Source: Selaginella moellendorffii (taxonomy: Eukaryota > Plantae > Lycopodiophyta). Taken from it: 64,000 bases of DNA. The notes beneath the pieces were generated by a model. The model was given only the letters and a program-made list of their open reading frames with translations, searched no databases and had not been told where the DNA came from. Below, piece after piece: positions 18,410-30,229 of the stretch. Position 1 is the first letter of the stretch. Every line of letters begins with the position of its first letter. The stretch spans positions 664,693 through 728,692 of the forward strand of contig NW_003314284.1 in assembly GCF_000143415.4 (NCBI RefSeq). Direction: 5' to 3'. Made by a program: the position numbers and the translations under genes.

Positions 18410-20176
18410 TCATGGAGATCTCGTTCTCTCTTTGGTTGATGATGATGATGAACTCCCATATATGCTTGCCATCAAGTCGTAAGTTGCCGGATCACGCTCT
18501 CCGAGCTCCAGCAATGACTCAAAAGCCACCTTTCCCAAGCCCACATTCTTCCACTTCTTGCAGGCCGCCAGTACTGCCCTCCACGCTACCGAGCTCGGCC
18601 TGTGCGGCATCCTCTCGAGCAAGCCCACTGCTTCGTCCAGTCGATTCGCTCGGCCCAGCATATCGACCATGCACACGTAGTGCTCCTCCCCTGGAGTGAT
18701 CCCATGCTTGGAGCTCATCTCCTGGAACAGCTTCTTGCCTTGCTCGACGCGGCCGGCGTGGCTGCAAGCGGTGAGGACGCAGACGAGAGTGACGCAGTCG
18801 ATCTCCAGGCCTTCGTCCTCCATAGCGTGGAAGAGCTCGAACACCTGCTTGGAGTCGCCTTGGCGGCTGTATCCTGCGATGAGCGACGTCCATGTCGCGG
18901 TCCTCCTGTGGTTTGCCTCGAGAATCCGATGAGCGTCCACCATGTTCCCACACTTGGCGTAGAAATCCAGCAGACAGTTTGCTACAACCGCGTCGCTCTC
19001 CACACCATCTCTGCAAATCTCCGAGTGGATCGCCTTGCCAGTTTCCAGTGCTGCGTTGCTGCTGCATGCGCCGAGACCGACCGCAAAGCTCTGCTCGTCC
19101 GGAGATGGACCTCCGCTCCTCATGCACCGCAGGAGCTCGAGCGTCAAGCGCTCCTCGTTGTTTTCCGCGCAAGCCCGCATCAGAGCGTTCCACAGAACAA
19201 CGTCGAGAAATGGAATCCTGTCGAAGGTCATCCTTGCGTCCACCAAGCTCCCACACTTCCCGTACATGTCCACCACCGTACTTGCGACGAAAGCATCGAA
19301 CTCGCAGGAGCCACTGCCGAGAGCTTGGGAGTGAAGAGCCATGCCCCTCTTGAGAGTCTTCAACTTGACAAGCCTCCCCTCGACCTGTGTCCCTTCTTCC
19401 TTCGCAGCCAAGCTAGCGCAAGCCTTTATCACTGCTAGAAAAGTCCGAGCATTCGGTTCGCAGCCTTGTCTCCGCCGAGCCCGCGAGAAAACTTCCAGTG
19501 CCATCTCCGCTTCACCACTCTCGGCATAGCCAAGCACGAGAGCAGTCCACGAAACCACGTCGTGTCCCTCCATCCTGTCGAAAACCCGTCGAGCATCCAG
19601 AGTGCTCCCACACTTCGTGTACATGTCGACTAGCATGCTTCCAACGAAGAGCTCCTTGTCACAGCCAGCGCTCTCGGCTTGAGCGTGGATCGCCATTCCT
19701 TGCTCCAGAGCTACAGCTTTCACGGCCTTGCCACCTCCAAGCTGCGTCCCTTGCTCGCTCGACGCTAGCGCACCGCAAGCTTTGGCCGCGAGCACGAAAG
19801 CTCGGGCATCCGGCACGCATCCCTGAGCCTGCATTCGCAGGAACAAACGTAAAACCTCTTGCGCATCACCGCGGTCAGCGTACCCGGCCAGGAGCGCCGT
19901 CCACGACACAAGGTCGGGCTGTGGGAGCTTGTCAAAGACTTTGCGAGCGTCCGCCACGCTGCCGAGCTTGGCATAGCTGCCGATGAGCGCGCTCGCCACG
20001 AAAACGTTGGTGTCATCGCCGGTTTGCGCTGCCTCGGCGTGGAGCTGGACGAGCTTGCCGAGATCCTTGCAGTCTTTGAGAGCTGCCAGGAATTTGCGCC
20101 GCCGCGACTTCTCCTCGAGGCGCTGGAGCTTGATTCGCTTCCTTGAAGCCTCCCGAGCTTCCTGAGAGTTTTCCAA
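18410..20176 (-). CDS. PLS-class pentatricopeptide repeat protein with E domain (organellar RNA editing factor type); start codon uncertain
   Basis: 588-aa open frame with P/L/S motifs (DVVSWTAL, VDMYxKCGS), LTACSHAG, HYVCMVDMLGRA and E motif WRAVLAACK. No DYW. The ORF opens on TTG, so a 5' exon is probably missing from the model. Confidence 0.9.
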   Translation of the reverse strand: MENSQEAREASRKRIKLQRLEEKSRRRKFLAALKDCKDLGKLVQLHAEAAQTGDDTNVFVASALIGSYAKLGSVADARKVFDKLPQPDLVSWTALLAGYADRGDAQEVLRLFLRMQAQGCVPDARAFVLAAKACGALASSEQGTQLGGGKAVKAVALEQGMAIHAQAESAGCDKELFVGSMLVDMYTKCGSTLDARRVFDRMEGHDVVSWTALVLGYAESGEAEMALEVFSRARRRQGCEPNARTFLAVIKACASLAAKEEGTQVEGRLVKLKTLKRGMALHSQALGSGSCEFDAFVASTVVDMYGKCGSLVDARMTFDRIPFLDVVLWNALMRACAENNEERLTLELLRCMRSGGPSPDEQSFAVGLGACSSNAALETGKAIHSEICRDGVESDAVVANCLLDFYAKCGNMVDAHRILEANHRRTATWTSLIAGYSRQGDSKQVFELFHAMEDEGLEIDCVTLVCVLTACSHAGRVEQGKKLFQEMSSKHGITPGEEHYVCMVDMLGRANRLDEAVGLLERMPHRPSSVAWRAVLAACKKWKNVGLGKVAFESLLELGERDPATYDLMASIYGSSSSSSTKERTRSP

Positions 20177-20374
20177 GAGATTTTAGATCTTTCTCTAGAG
20201 AAGAGATTTTCCACAGGGAGAGCGAGAACTTACCGATCTTTCGTGCGCGGCACTGGAGCAAAAGGAACTCCTCGTGTAGCGCGCGAGGGAAATGCGAGGC
20301 CTCGCGATCTTCAAGAGCATCTTAGGCGCAAAACCCTAAAACCCCGGCATTTCTAGGGTTCTTGGGTCGGGGCC
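20177..20374. promoter_or_regulatory. Short divergent promoter region with telo-box
   Basis: About 200 bp between the head-to-head PPR and CRN1 genes; AAACCCTAAA at 20331-20340 and TAGGGTT at ~20354. Confidence 0.55.
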
Positions 20375-22861
20375 ATGGCGCGGGAGGCGGATGCGTCGTT
20401 GGGCTACCTCACGCGCAAGGAGACGGAGGTAAAGCTGCCGCGGCCGACGCGCGTCAAGAACAAGACGCCGGCGCCAGTCCAGATCACCGCCGAGCAGATT
20501 CTTCGGGAGACTCGCGAGCGCCAGGAGCCCGAGATCCGGCCGCCCAAGCAGAAGATCACCGACAAGCAGGAGCTCGACGAGTACCGCCTCCGCAAGCGCA
20601 AGGAGTACGAGGATCTCATCCGCCGGGTACGCTGGAACATTGGGGTGTGGGTCAAGTACGCCCAGTGGGAGGAGTCCCAGAAGGACTTTAACAGGGCGAG
20701 GTCGGTGTGGGAGAGAGCTATCACGGTCGACTACACGAACCAGACGCTATGGCTCAAGTATGCCGAGATGGAGATGAGGAACAAGTTCGTGAACCACGCC
20801 AGGAATGTATGGGACAGGGCCGTGAATTTACTGCCCCGGATCGACCAGCTCTGGTACAAGTACATCCATATGGAGGAGATGATGGTGAACATCGGTGGTG
20901 CTCGCCAGATTTTCGAGAGATGGATGCTCTGGGAGCCCGACCACCATGGCTGGGCCGCGTATATCAAGTTCGAGCTCCGGTACAACGAGGTGGAGCGGGC
21001 ACGTGGGATTTACGAGAGATACGTCCGCTGTCTTCCCACCGTCAAGGCGTGGATCCGGTTCGCGAAGTTTGAGTTTAAGAACGGGGACGTGACGAGGGCC
21101 CGGGATTGCTACCACCGAGCGGTGGTGGAGCTCGGCGAGGATGGTCAGACCGAGGAGCTATTTGTAGCGTTTGCCAACTTTGAGGAGCGGTGCAAGGAGT
21201 TTGAGAGGGCCCGGGCTATTTACAAGTACGCTCTGGACAACATACCGAAGTCGCAGGCGGAGGAGCTGTACAAGAAGTTTGTGGCTTTTGAGAAGCAGCA
21301 CGGGAACAGGGAGGGTATCGAGGATGTGATTGTGAGCAAGCGAAGGTTCCAGTACGAGGATGAAGTCAAGAAGAATCCACTCAACTATGATTTCTGGTTC
21401 GATTATATTCGGCTGGAGGAAAGTGTTGGGGACAAGGATAGGATTCGTGAGGTCTACGAGCGAGCCATTGCAAACGTGCCTCCTGCGGAAGAGAAACGGT
21501 ACTGGCAACGATACATATATCTCTGGTACGCAAAGCAAAAAAAGAAGTTGCTTTCAGATTGCTTTATCAACTTTTGTTTTAATTTTTCGTGCAGGATCAA
21601 TTATGCTCTGTATGAAGAACTCGAGGCTGAAGACATGGATCGTACCCGGGATGTTTACAGGTACGTATTTTATAAGTCTGTCACTTGGAACTCCTTACCT
21701 GATCGTCGTGTTTTATTTTTCAGTGCTTGTCTGGGCATCATACCGCACAAGAAATTTACATTCGCAAAACTCTGGTTAATGGCTGCCAAGTTCGAAATCA
21801 GGCAGAAAAATCTGACTGCTGCTCGAACGATTCTAGGAAATGCAATCGGGAAGGCACCCAAGGACAAGGTAAGGTTTTCTTGCGGGCCATTTATGCAAGG
21901 TTTTTATGCACTCTTTGCTCACAGATATTTAAAACGTATATCGAGATAGAGCTCCAGCTTGGGAACATGCACAGGTGCAGGGCGCTATACGAAAGATACC
22001 TTGAATGGGCTCCCGCTAATTGTTACGCATGGAGTAAATATGCTGATCTAGAGCAATCACTTGGAGAAACTGAAAGGGGTCGGGCCATTTTTGAGTTGGC
22101 AATATCGCAGCCTGTCCTTGACATGCCCGAGCTTTTGTGGAAGGTAAGATCGTAAACACGAAGAGTTCTCTTCCGTGCTGACATTCGTTTTGTCTTCAGG
22201 CGTACATTGACTTCGAAATCAACGAGGGGGAGAACGAACGCACGAGGGAGCTCTACGAGAGATTATTGGACAGGACGAAGCATCTGAAGGTGTGGCTAAG
22301 CTACGCCAAGTTTGAAGGGGGCGTGAGACTGGAAGAGGAATCCGTAGCTCAAGGAGAAGAAAGGGAAATCAATCAGGACGTCTTGAGAGAACAAGCGTCG
22401 CAGCGAGTCCGGCGGGCTAGAGGTAAAGCACTCTTTGCCAAACTTGTTTAACTTTTGTCTTCCCTCAGGCGTCTATGAACGAGCATTCGAGTACTTTAGA
22501 TCTTCAGCCCCGGAGCAAAAAGAGGACAGGAAGATGCTGCTCGACGAATGGCAACAAATGGAGGAAAGCTTCGGTGACCTTGGCGATGCTGCTACGGTGA
22601 AGAAGAAACAACCGAGGACTGTCAAGCGGAAGCGACCGATAGCGCAGGAGGACGGGACGTTTGCTGGGTACGTAGTATATATAACATTTACCCTTTCCTC
22701 GTTTCTTCTCGAGACTCACGGCTTTTCTTGGTCACTCCAGGCAAGAGGAGTTCTACGACTATATATTCCCAGACGAGACCTCGATGGCTCCCAATCTCAA
22801 GATACTGGAAGCCGCTTACAAATGGAAGAAGCAAAAGACAACGATCGAGGACAACGATTGA
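20375..22861 (+). CDS. CRN1: Crooked neck-like / CLF1 / SYF3 HAT-repeat splicing factor; exons 20375-21525, 21595-21660, 21724-21868, 21925-22143, 22200-22422, 22469-22667, 22741-22861
   Basis: [20 protein letters not shown]-terminus, HAT repeats, C-terminal [23 protein letters not shown]. Six GT-AG introns of 46-73 nt keep the frame. Confidence 0.95.
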
Positions 22862-23044
22862 GGTGTTGTTTTGTCCTTGTCCGTCAGAATTCTCGGATTG
22901 TACACTCTTTCTAACATGTAGCTCGGCTGAAAACGAAAGAAGCCAAAGATCAAGCTACGTTCTAAAGGGCCAAACATGTATTCATACAAATTTTGATGTT
23001 CTGGGTTTGCTATAGTTTGACTAGTTTTGACTAGTTTGATCATG

Positions 23045-23570
23045 ACTAGCTAGCTGCTGGACGCTTCTTCCCAAGATGTGCGCAAAGAACCCCTCGCTCC
23101 ATGCGTTAGACAGCTTCGCGTTAATCTTTCCCACAACGTGTGGATCCAAACCCATGAGATAATTCAAGAACCGGGTGGTGACTGCATACCCCTCGTCCGG
23201 TTCCAGCCTCCACGTAGAACGGCCGCAACCCTGCCTTGATGATCATAAACTCGGATCAATCCCTGCGGCGCATTGCCACGCCCGTCCCACGCCAGACGTG
23301 GGTCATCTCGGGATAGATTACCATCTATATCCTCTGGACCAGGTCCCCGGTAAACCACGTGACCAAGAGAGCTCCCAGATGGATTTGATCCTGGCTCGTG
23401 AGTAGCCAAGGATCCAATGGTAGCAAGAACTCCCTTGACTCTCATGGCAGATTTGAAGCGCTGGCCGCGAGTCCCTTTGGCATTGTTGACAGCCACTAAA
23501 ACAACGTTGGCCCTTGCAATTGGAACTAAGAAGAAAGCGATGGCCAGAATGAAGGAGGTTGTCCCATTCG
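23045..23570 (-). pseudogene. Basic secretory protein (BSP / PR-17) pseudogene
   Basis: Signal peptide FILAIAFFLVPIARA, then VNNAKGTRGQRF, WDGRGNAPQGLI, DEGYAVTTRFLNYL..INAKL..FFAHILGRSVQQL across several frameshifts. Confidence 0.75.
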
Positions 23571-26500
23571 AGAGAGAGAGAGGAAATCTACATTGAATTT
23601 CTCGAATTTGCTGTTATAGTGTCAAAATAAAGTCAAAGAGCAACATGGCTAAGTTTTCAATTGCTTCTTTATTTTGGAGCTGAGCTACAAAGTTTTGTTC
23701 CTAGTCCAACTTTCATGTCAGTGAACAGTTTCCTGGGCTCCAGCCAGCTTCAAACTCACCACTTAGCACTTCCACATCTTGTGGCACTGAAGAGTTCTTT
23801 ATGACTTAGTTGCTATTTAAGCTAATTTATCAATGTAGTTAATATTTAATTTACTTCATTCCTAGTAAAAAGTCTGTATTTTTGTCATATACCCTTAAGT
23901 ATCCACAAACAGTAAAATTCTAGTTTATTCTAACTAGTTATGTAAAATTTATTTCTATAAATTTTAAATTATGTAATTATAATAATGTGCTGTTGTGAGT
24001 GCATGGAATATGGAAATGGGATACAAAAAATATACATATCAATTAGCCCAAAAACATTAACTTATATACAGGAGTAAATGGTCCGAATTGAAACTAATCC
24101 AATAATTACCAAAATCCCATTATAGCATTGTAACCATACACTTAGACCTTACATCATCCTTTTTTCTCGGAATGATAGAAGATTGTCAAGGTTCTCTCAT
24201 GGATGGGCCAAGATCTAAAGGAACATAAAAAAGAGGCATTAATAGATCTGTAAGTAGTGTTAGTTATTCTTGATTTCTTTGTACAAAGCATTTTATCTAT
24301 TGTATATGCACAATTTTTAGAGGATTGGTTTGCTAAATGTCATGCTGAACTTCATAAACTTGTGATCCCATTTGCCAGAACACTTGATATGATCCTTTCC
24401 ACTTTAGTAAAGAGCCCTTTAGATAAACCATGTACCATAAAATTGGAAAAATGTACTTACACTAAGTCATCCACTTTGTACTCTGCAGGTAAACAATAAT
24501 GGGAGTTATAACATTATTGTTGTCACACTTGTATGTTGCCCAGGTGTTCAACAAACTCTGCTCGGACAAGTGGAAGAATGCTCATCAAATATTGATCCCA
24601 TAACCTAACATTGGTAGTTTGTGACAATTGTAAAGGTAAACCCAACTCTGTTGGTAGTATTGGATCATGATTATATAGGAGGTTATATAGTGAAGCATCA
24701 ATAGAACTCTATACCCCTATGATATACGCATACCGAAGAGATAGTAAATAACCATCCCAATCCAAATGCTAAAAGTTTATGTACTTTGCGATCATCTCTT
24801 TGAAGGTCTGAAGGAGTTGTTCCACCAAACCATTTGATTATGGATGATAAACACTTGTGAAAGTGTGGTATATCCCCAAACAAGATGCCACAATATGAAA
24901 TGCCTCAACCATAAATATAAGACCATTATTTGAAAAAATTCACTTTAGACAAGAATGCTAAAACACCACTCAATTGAGGAGGAAGTAACCAATAGCAGTG
25001 GCAGATGCACTAGCAAAAGCATCAACTTCCACCTAATTAATCAAGTTGTCAAAAACAATAATGACATATTCATTACCTGTAATTGACCATGGAAAAGGCT
25101 TTATTAAATCAAATGCCACCAACTCAAACGGACGGGAAATTACAATTAATTTCAACTTTTCTTTCACAGCATGAGGGGAAGTATTATGAGTTTGGCACCA
25201 AACATAGCTATGCACATACTAGATAATATCACATCGTATTTCCAGCTAATAGAAAAACCTGCGTAACTTCTCGGTTACACAAAAATGTCCCATATACCCA
25301 CATAGAATAAGAGAATCATAGTAGGCATGGAGAAAGTGTGGAATAAAGATCGAAGGCACCATCAGTTGTAAATAATTAATAGGATTCGTCCCCACATAAT
25401 AAAGAAGATCGTCCTCAAAGCGATATTGAGAATGTAAATGCTAAAATGGTAAGTCATTAGTAAGTGATGTAGGATTCTTAAACCCATTGTGAAACCTTCA
25501 AATCCACAGCTTAATCTTTTGAGCCTCATAGACCTAGTCAAGAGAAGGTAAACCTTGCTCTGCACCTTGTGGACACTAAATGTTAAGTACAACAACCTTC
25601 GACAGCATGGAATATTCATCCAAAAAATCCACAGATGCAAGAACAATAGGCTTATTAAAAATATGAGAAGACAGTAAAGAAGGAAAATGAGCTCAAGAAA
25701 AGGCATCAACATCAGCCATAAAACTTTCTGGGTGATGAACAACACCAAAATCATATATTTGAAGCTTCAAAGCCCACCGAGCAGTAAGTTTTTTCACTTT
25801 AATAATGAAGTAATTATAGCATGATCACCTTCTAGTAATGTCTGAAAACCATGTAAATATACTTGAAGTTTCTCGAAACCCCAAACTGCTACTAAACACT
25901 TTTTTTCTGTCGTGGAGTAGTTCACCTCCGTTGGTTGTAATGTATGGCTGATATATGCAATGGGATGGTGTTGATTAAGCACACTCAGGCTCTCTTGCAT
26001 CAACGCATCTTTAAGTCCGATATTAGATGCATCTATGTGCAAAATGAAAGGTTAAGTATAGTCAGGATATGCCAAAACTAGAGGAGTTGTCAATAATTCT
26101 TTGAGATTAGTAAATGTCTACTCACAGTTTGCAGACCAAATGAAAGATGAGGTTAACATCTTCAAAAATACTTGCAACTATGCAGTGCGATTAGAAAGAT
26201 AATCAACAAAACGACTGAGATGCTACATCTTGCTTAGGAAGTGCTACACATCATTCATATACTTTAGAGTAGGGAACTTTAGAATAGCCACAAATTTATC
26301 AGGATCAACTTACAAACCTTCACGAGAAATATAGTATTCAAGATAAGTCGTGTCCTTGGACCCAAACATGCATTTTGACCATTTCAGTTTAAAATCAATT
26401 TCCCGAAGTTGATCTAACATCTTACGAACATCACAAACATGTTCCTCCCATGTCCCCTTCGAGTGGATTAAGACATCATCGATAAAGTCAACAATCACCT

Positions 26501-27477
26501 TTAGCATATCGCAAAGAACCTCATCCATTATTTACTAAAAGTTGTTAGAACATTGTTCAAACCAAATGGCATCATCAAGAACTTGTACAAACCAAATGGT
26601 GTATGAAAAGCAATCTTAGAAATATCGTCTTCGGCTATTGGTACTTGCTAATAATTAGAAGCAAGATCTAACTTGGTGAACTAACAACTTCTCCCTAGAG
26701 ATCCAAGAGATCAGCAATATGAGGAAGAGGGTACACATTTGGGAACATCATTTTTTTTAATAGATAATAGTTAATGCAAAAACGAATATGCCCATCAGAC
26801 TTCGTCACAAAATGAAGTTCACACACCTAAGGACTCCACGACTTTCAAGTAACACCCTTTTCTAACATCTCATTAATGTTTGTAAGTAAAATCTTGATCT
26901 CTTTGGGTGACCAACGACGAACAAGAACCTTGATTTGGTAAGCATTTTTAGTTGAAATAGGATGATATATTGCAATCTTAACCTCAAATAATAGGTCAAA
27001 TTCAAAGAGATTAACATACTCCTTCATGAGTAGATCAACCGTTGCAACATAAAGACTATCAAAGGGATCAGAAAAGATAAGAAAGGAACAAAATGGAAAC
27101 ATAAAAGGAAATAATTTGGAGACAAAAGTGATGGAAGCACAAGGAGAAGCAAAGGGATAAAAAGAACATAAGTGAGAGGAATGGAAGAAATATAAAGAAG
27201 TATGAGACAAAAGGGAGAAGCCTCAAAGTCACACTTGGCATGATTATACCGCAACTAATCTATACTAAGAATGAGGTCAAAAGCTTGACTCGGCATCACC
27301 TACAATAACTGCAACTCAAGCTCGAGATTGCCCATATACATAATCAGGTCTGCTTCATCCCATGTATATGCATGTATACGACTGTTGCCATAAAGAATAA
27401 AAATTGGCTCTACTGCACAACATAAATGTAGACGGTAATATATGGCAACAGATCGAATAATAGAAAATAAACTCAAG

Positions 27478-30229
27478 TGTAAGCGACTAATTTTTCCATT
27501 CTACTTTAGTCACTTAACCACACCTTCGACCACTTGGAGGAGTCTCATTCACACCCTCCATAAGTCCAATTCAAGACTTGGGGCATGCTAGCCCCGATAA
27601 TGGCATCCATGCCACTTAACATTTGCACTTGGTCTAAATGCCTCACATGTCCGATCCCATGGTCAACCCCCAAGGTACCACTGATATATCAACCTGTTAT
27701 GCTAAAGCCATGCCCATTCACTTTGGTCATACCGGTGGTCTAACACCACCTGCATCACAGTCCTGTCTTTCAAAGATTGGGCCATCTGTCCATGAGTGAT
27801 TATCCCAAATCCACTCTGTAAGGAACCAACTCGCCAAGGTGTCATAGGCTAAAGGATCCCCGAAAGCATGACCAAATGACAAAGAGTTCATCGGATGGGA
27901 CTGAGTCGAAGATCGAGTCCAGGACCGAGTCGAAGNNNNNNNNNNNNNNNNNNNNNNNNNNNNNNNNNNNNNNNNNNNNNNNNNNNNNNNNNNNNNNNNN
28001 NNNNNNNNNNNNNNNNNNNNNNNNNNNNNNNNNNNCTTTGTGGATTTGGGTGGGAGTGAGCATGGACTTGTTTGGTGCTGGAGGGGCCATCCAAGGAAGT
28101 GCTCAAGAGCAACTCCCACTCCCGAAAGGGAAATCGACTGCGGTGCTCCTGGCTCATGTGGAGTGGTGCCCCATTTGAGTACCATGCGGCTCATTGGTCC
28201 TCGCCCTTCCTAGGGGCTTGGGCCTTCCTTCGGGATGGAAGTGGTGGGGTAGAGGTACCCATACTGGGCCGTTAGGCCACGGTGTTTCGCCTCGGCGTCC
28301 CGAAGCAAGTGTTGCACCAAAGACTTGGGATTTAGAGGGTCCCATGATCAAGTCTTGTGGTACCAAGGGGTGTTAGGAACTTGGAGGCTTGGTGTGCTTG
28401 GCTGCTTGTGCCTGCGGGGAGTGTAGCCGAACCTTAAATCCAGTCTAACCTGGGGAGGGGGATTGGGAGAGATTTGGGAATCCGTAGATGGATGGCTAAC
28501 ACTCCGTTGCTCGTGCAGTGAGTAGCTGAAACCAAGTGGAACCAAGTAAGAGCTGGTACCATAGGCGGGAACCTTGGCGAGGGAACTTAGCAAAAGCCAA
28601 GGCAGTGTTGGACGGATAGATGAAGTAAGTTGGCAAATTGGAAAGGAAAAATTTTGTGGTTTACACACTCTTTAGCATCCTTAGGATGCCTACAGATATG
28701 GGGAATAACCTTCCCAAATATTTCTTTTCCAGTCCCCACCAAGTCCCTTTCTGTCCATGGCCGTGTTCGCCACCACTGCCACTAGATCAAGGCCCACAGG
28801 CCCGACCACTAAGTCCCTTTGTTCTCTAGGACTTCCTTGTCATGTGACTGCATCCTTGGTCACTACACCAGAGGACTGCTCGTCTTTCTTTCCACCATTC
28901 AGGACTTTGGGACAACATTTCGGAACACTGTGGCCCTACGTGAGCCTCGTGGGTACTCTCCCTGCCTTCCATCTTTGGGTGCTCTAGCCATGGGCTTAGA
29001 GCGAGGTTCCATTGAGCCACACCAGGTATCCAAGTAGGTAGTGCCACCCACGTTTGGACTGAGAGCATTGACCATTTGATCTCCCGGGGGAATTAGACTC
29101 GCCTTTTGAACACTTCACCAAGCTACCCCGCTTGTCGGTCCGTATTCACTCTAACCTTGGACTTCCTAGTGGTTATCTCATCACCCAACAATTGGGTATG
29201 GCCTTTCTGGGCCAAACTAGCCTTTCCTGGCCAAATTGGCTCCACTACAATCCAACGCCCACACTCTCCCTACTATACTTTTGGAACCCCTTGTAGCCCC
29301 CCCCCCCAGGGGATGATCACTTTGGCTTTCACCCAACAGCCTGTATTAGTATTCGGACTTTGTCTCAGTCTCTGCCTCGGACTCAGACTTTGTCTCAGTC
29401 TCTGCCTTGGACTTGGACTCAGTGTTGGTCTCGGTCTCGGTCTTGATCTCAGTTCCATCTCGGACTCCATCTTGGGTCCATCTCGGACTGCATCTCGGGT
29501 CCATCTCGGACTCTATTTCGGGTCTATCTTAGACTCCATCTCGGGTCCATCTTGGACTCCATCTCGGGTCCATTTCGGACTCCATCTAGGACTCCATCTC
29601 GGGTCTATCTCGGACTCCATCTCAGGTCCATCTCAGACTCCATCTCAAACTCCATTTCGGACTCCATCTCGGACTCCATCTCGGGTCCATCTTGGATTCC
29701 ATTTCAGACTCCATCTTAGACTCTATCTCGGGTCCATCTCGGACTCCATCTTGGGTCCATCTTGGGTCCATCTCAAACTCCATCTCGGGTCCATCTTGGA
29801 CTCCATCTTGGGTCCATCTCAAACTCCATCTCGGGTCCATCTTGGACTCCATTTTGGGTCCATCTCAAACTCCATCTCGGGTCCATCTCGGACTCCATTT
29901 TGGACTCCATCTCGGGTCCATCTCGGACTCCATTTTGGACTCCATCTCGGGTCTATCTCGGACTCCATCTCAGACTCCATCTCGGGTCTATCTTGGACTC
30001 TTCCACGTGTTATATGTTTGTCCTCTTGTGTCCCTTTTTTAGAGACTCCCTTATTGTTCGCTTCGTGCTTGTTCCTCGAACGCTTTGTTAGGAGTTTCAC
30101 TCCCTCCCTCGATCTTTCAAGTCGAAGCTTTTAGTCCAAATGTGTTATGCTCGTTTGGCTTTCGCTTCGGCCACTACCACATGACACCCTTTCGGCTCCA
30201 CTTTGGGGCTTAGGGATTTGTGTCTCACA
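27478..30229 (-). mobile_element. Solo LTR-A nested in the gypsy element
   Basis: TGT...ACA ends, perfect TSD TCAAG (27473-27477 / 30230-30234), expanded 11/12-bp array at 29450-30000. Confidence 0.9.
27817..28665 (+). mobile_element. LTR-B insertion (solo LTR or gap-collapsed element) nested in the solo LTR-A
   Basis: TGTAAGG...TTTACA, perfect TSD CACTC (27812-27816 / 28666-28670). Contains a 100-N gap. Confidence 0.85.

Noticed and set aside
18412-21538. Antisense and alternate-frame ORFs over the PPR and CRN1 genes
   Set aside because: Expected shadows of GC-rich coding sequence.
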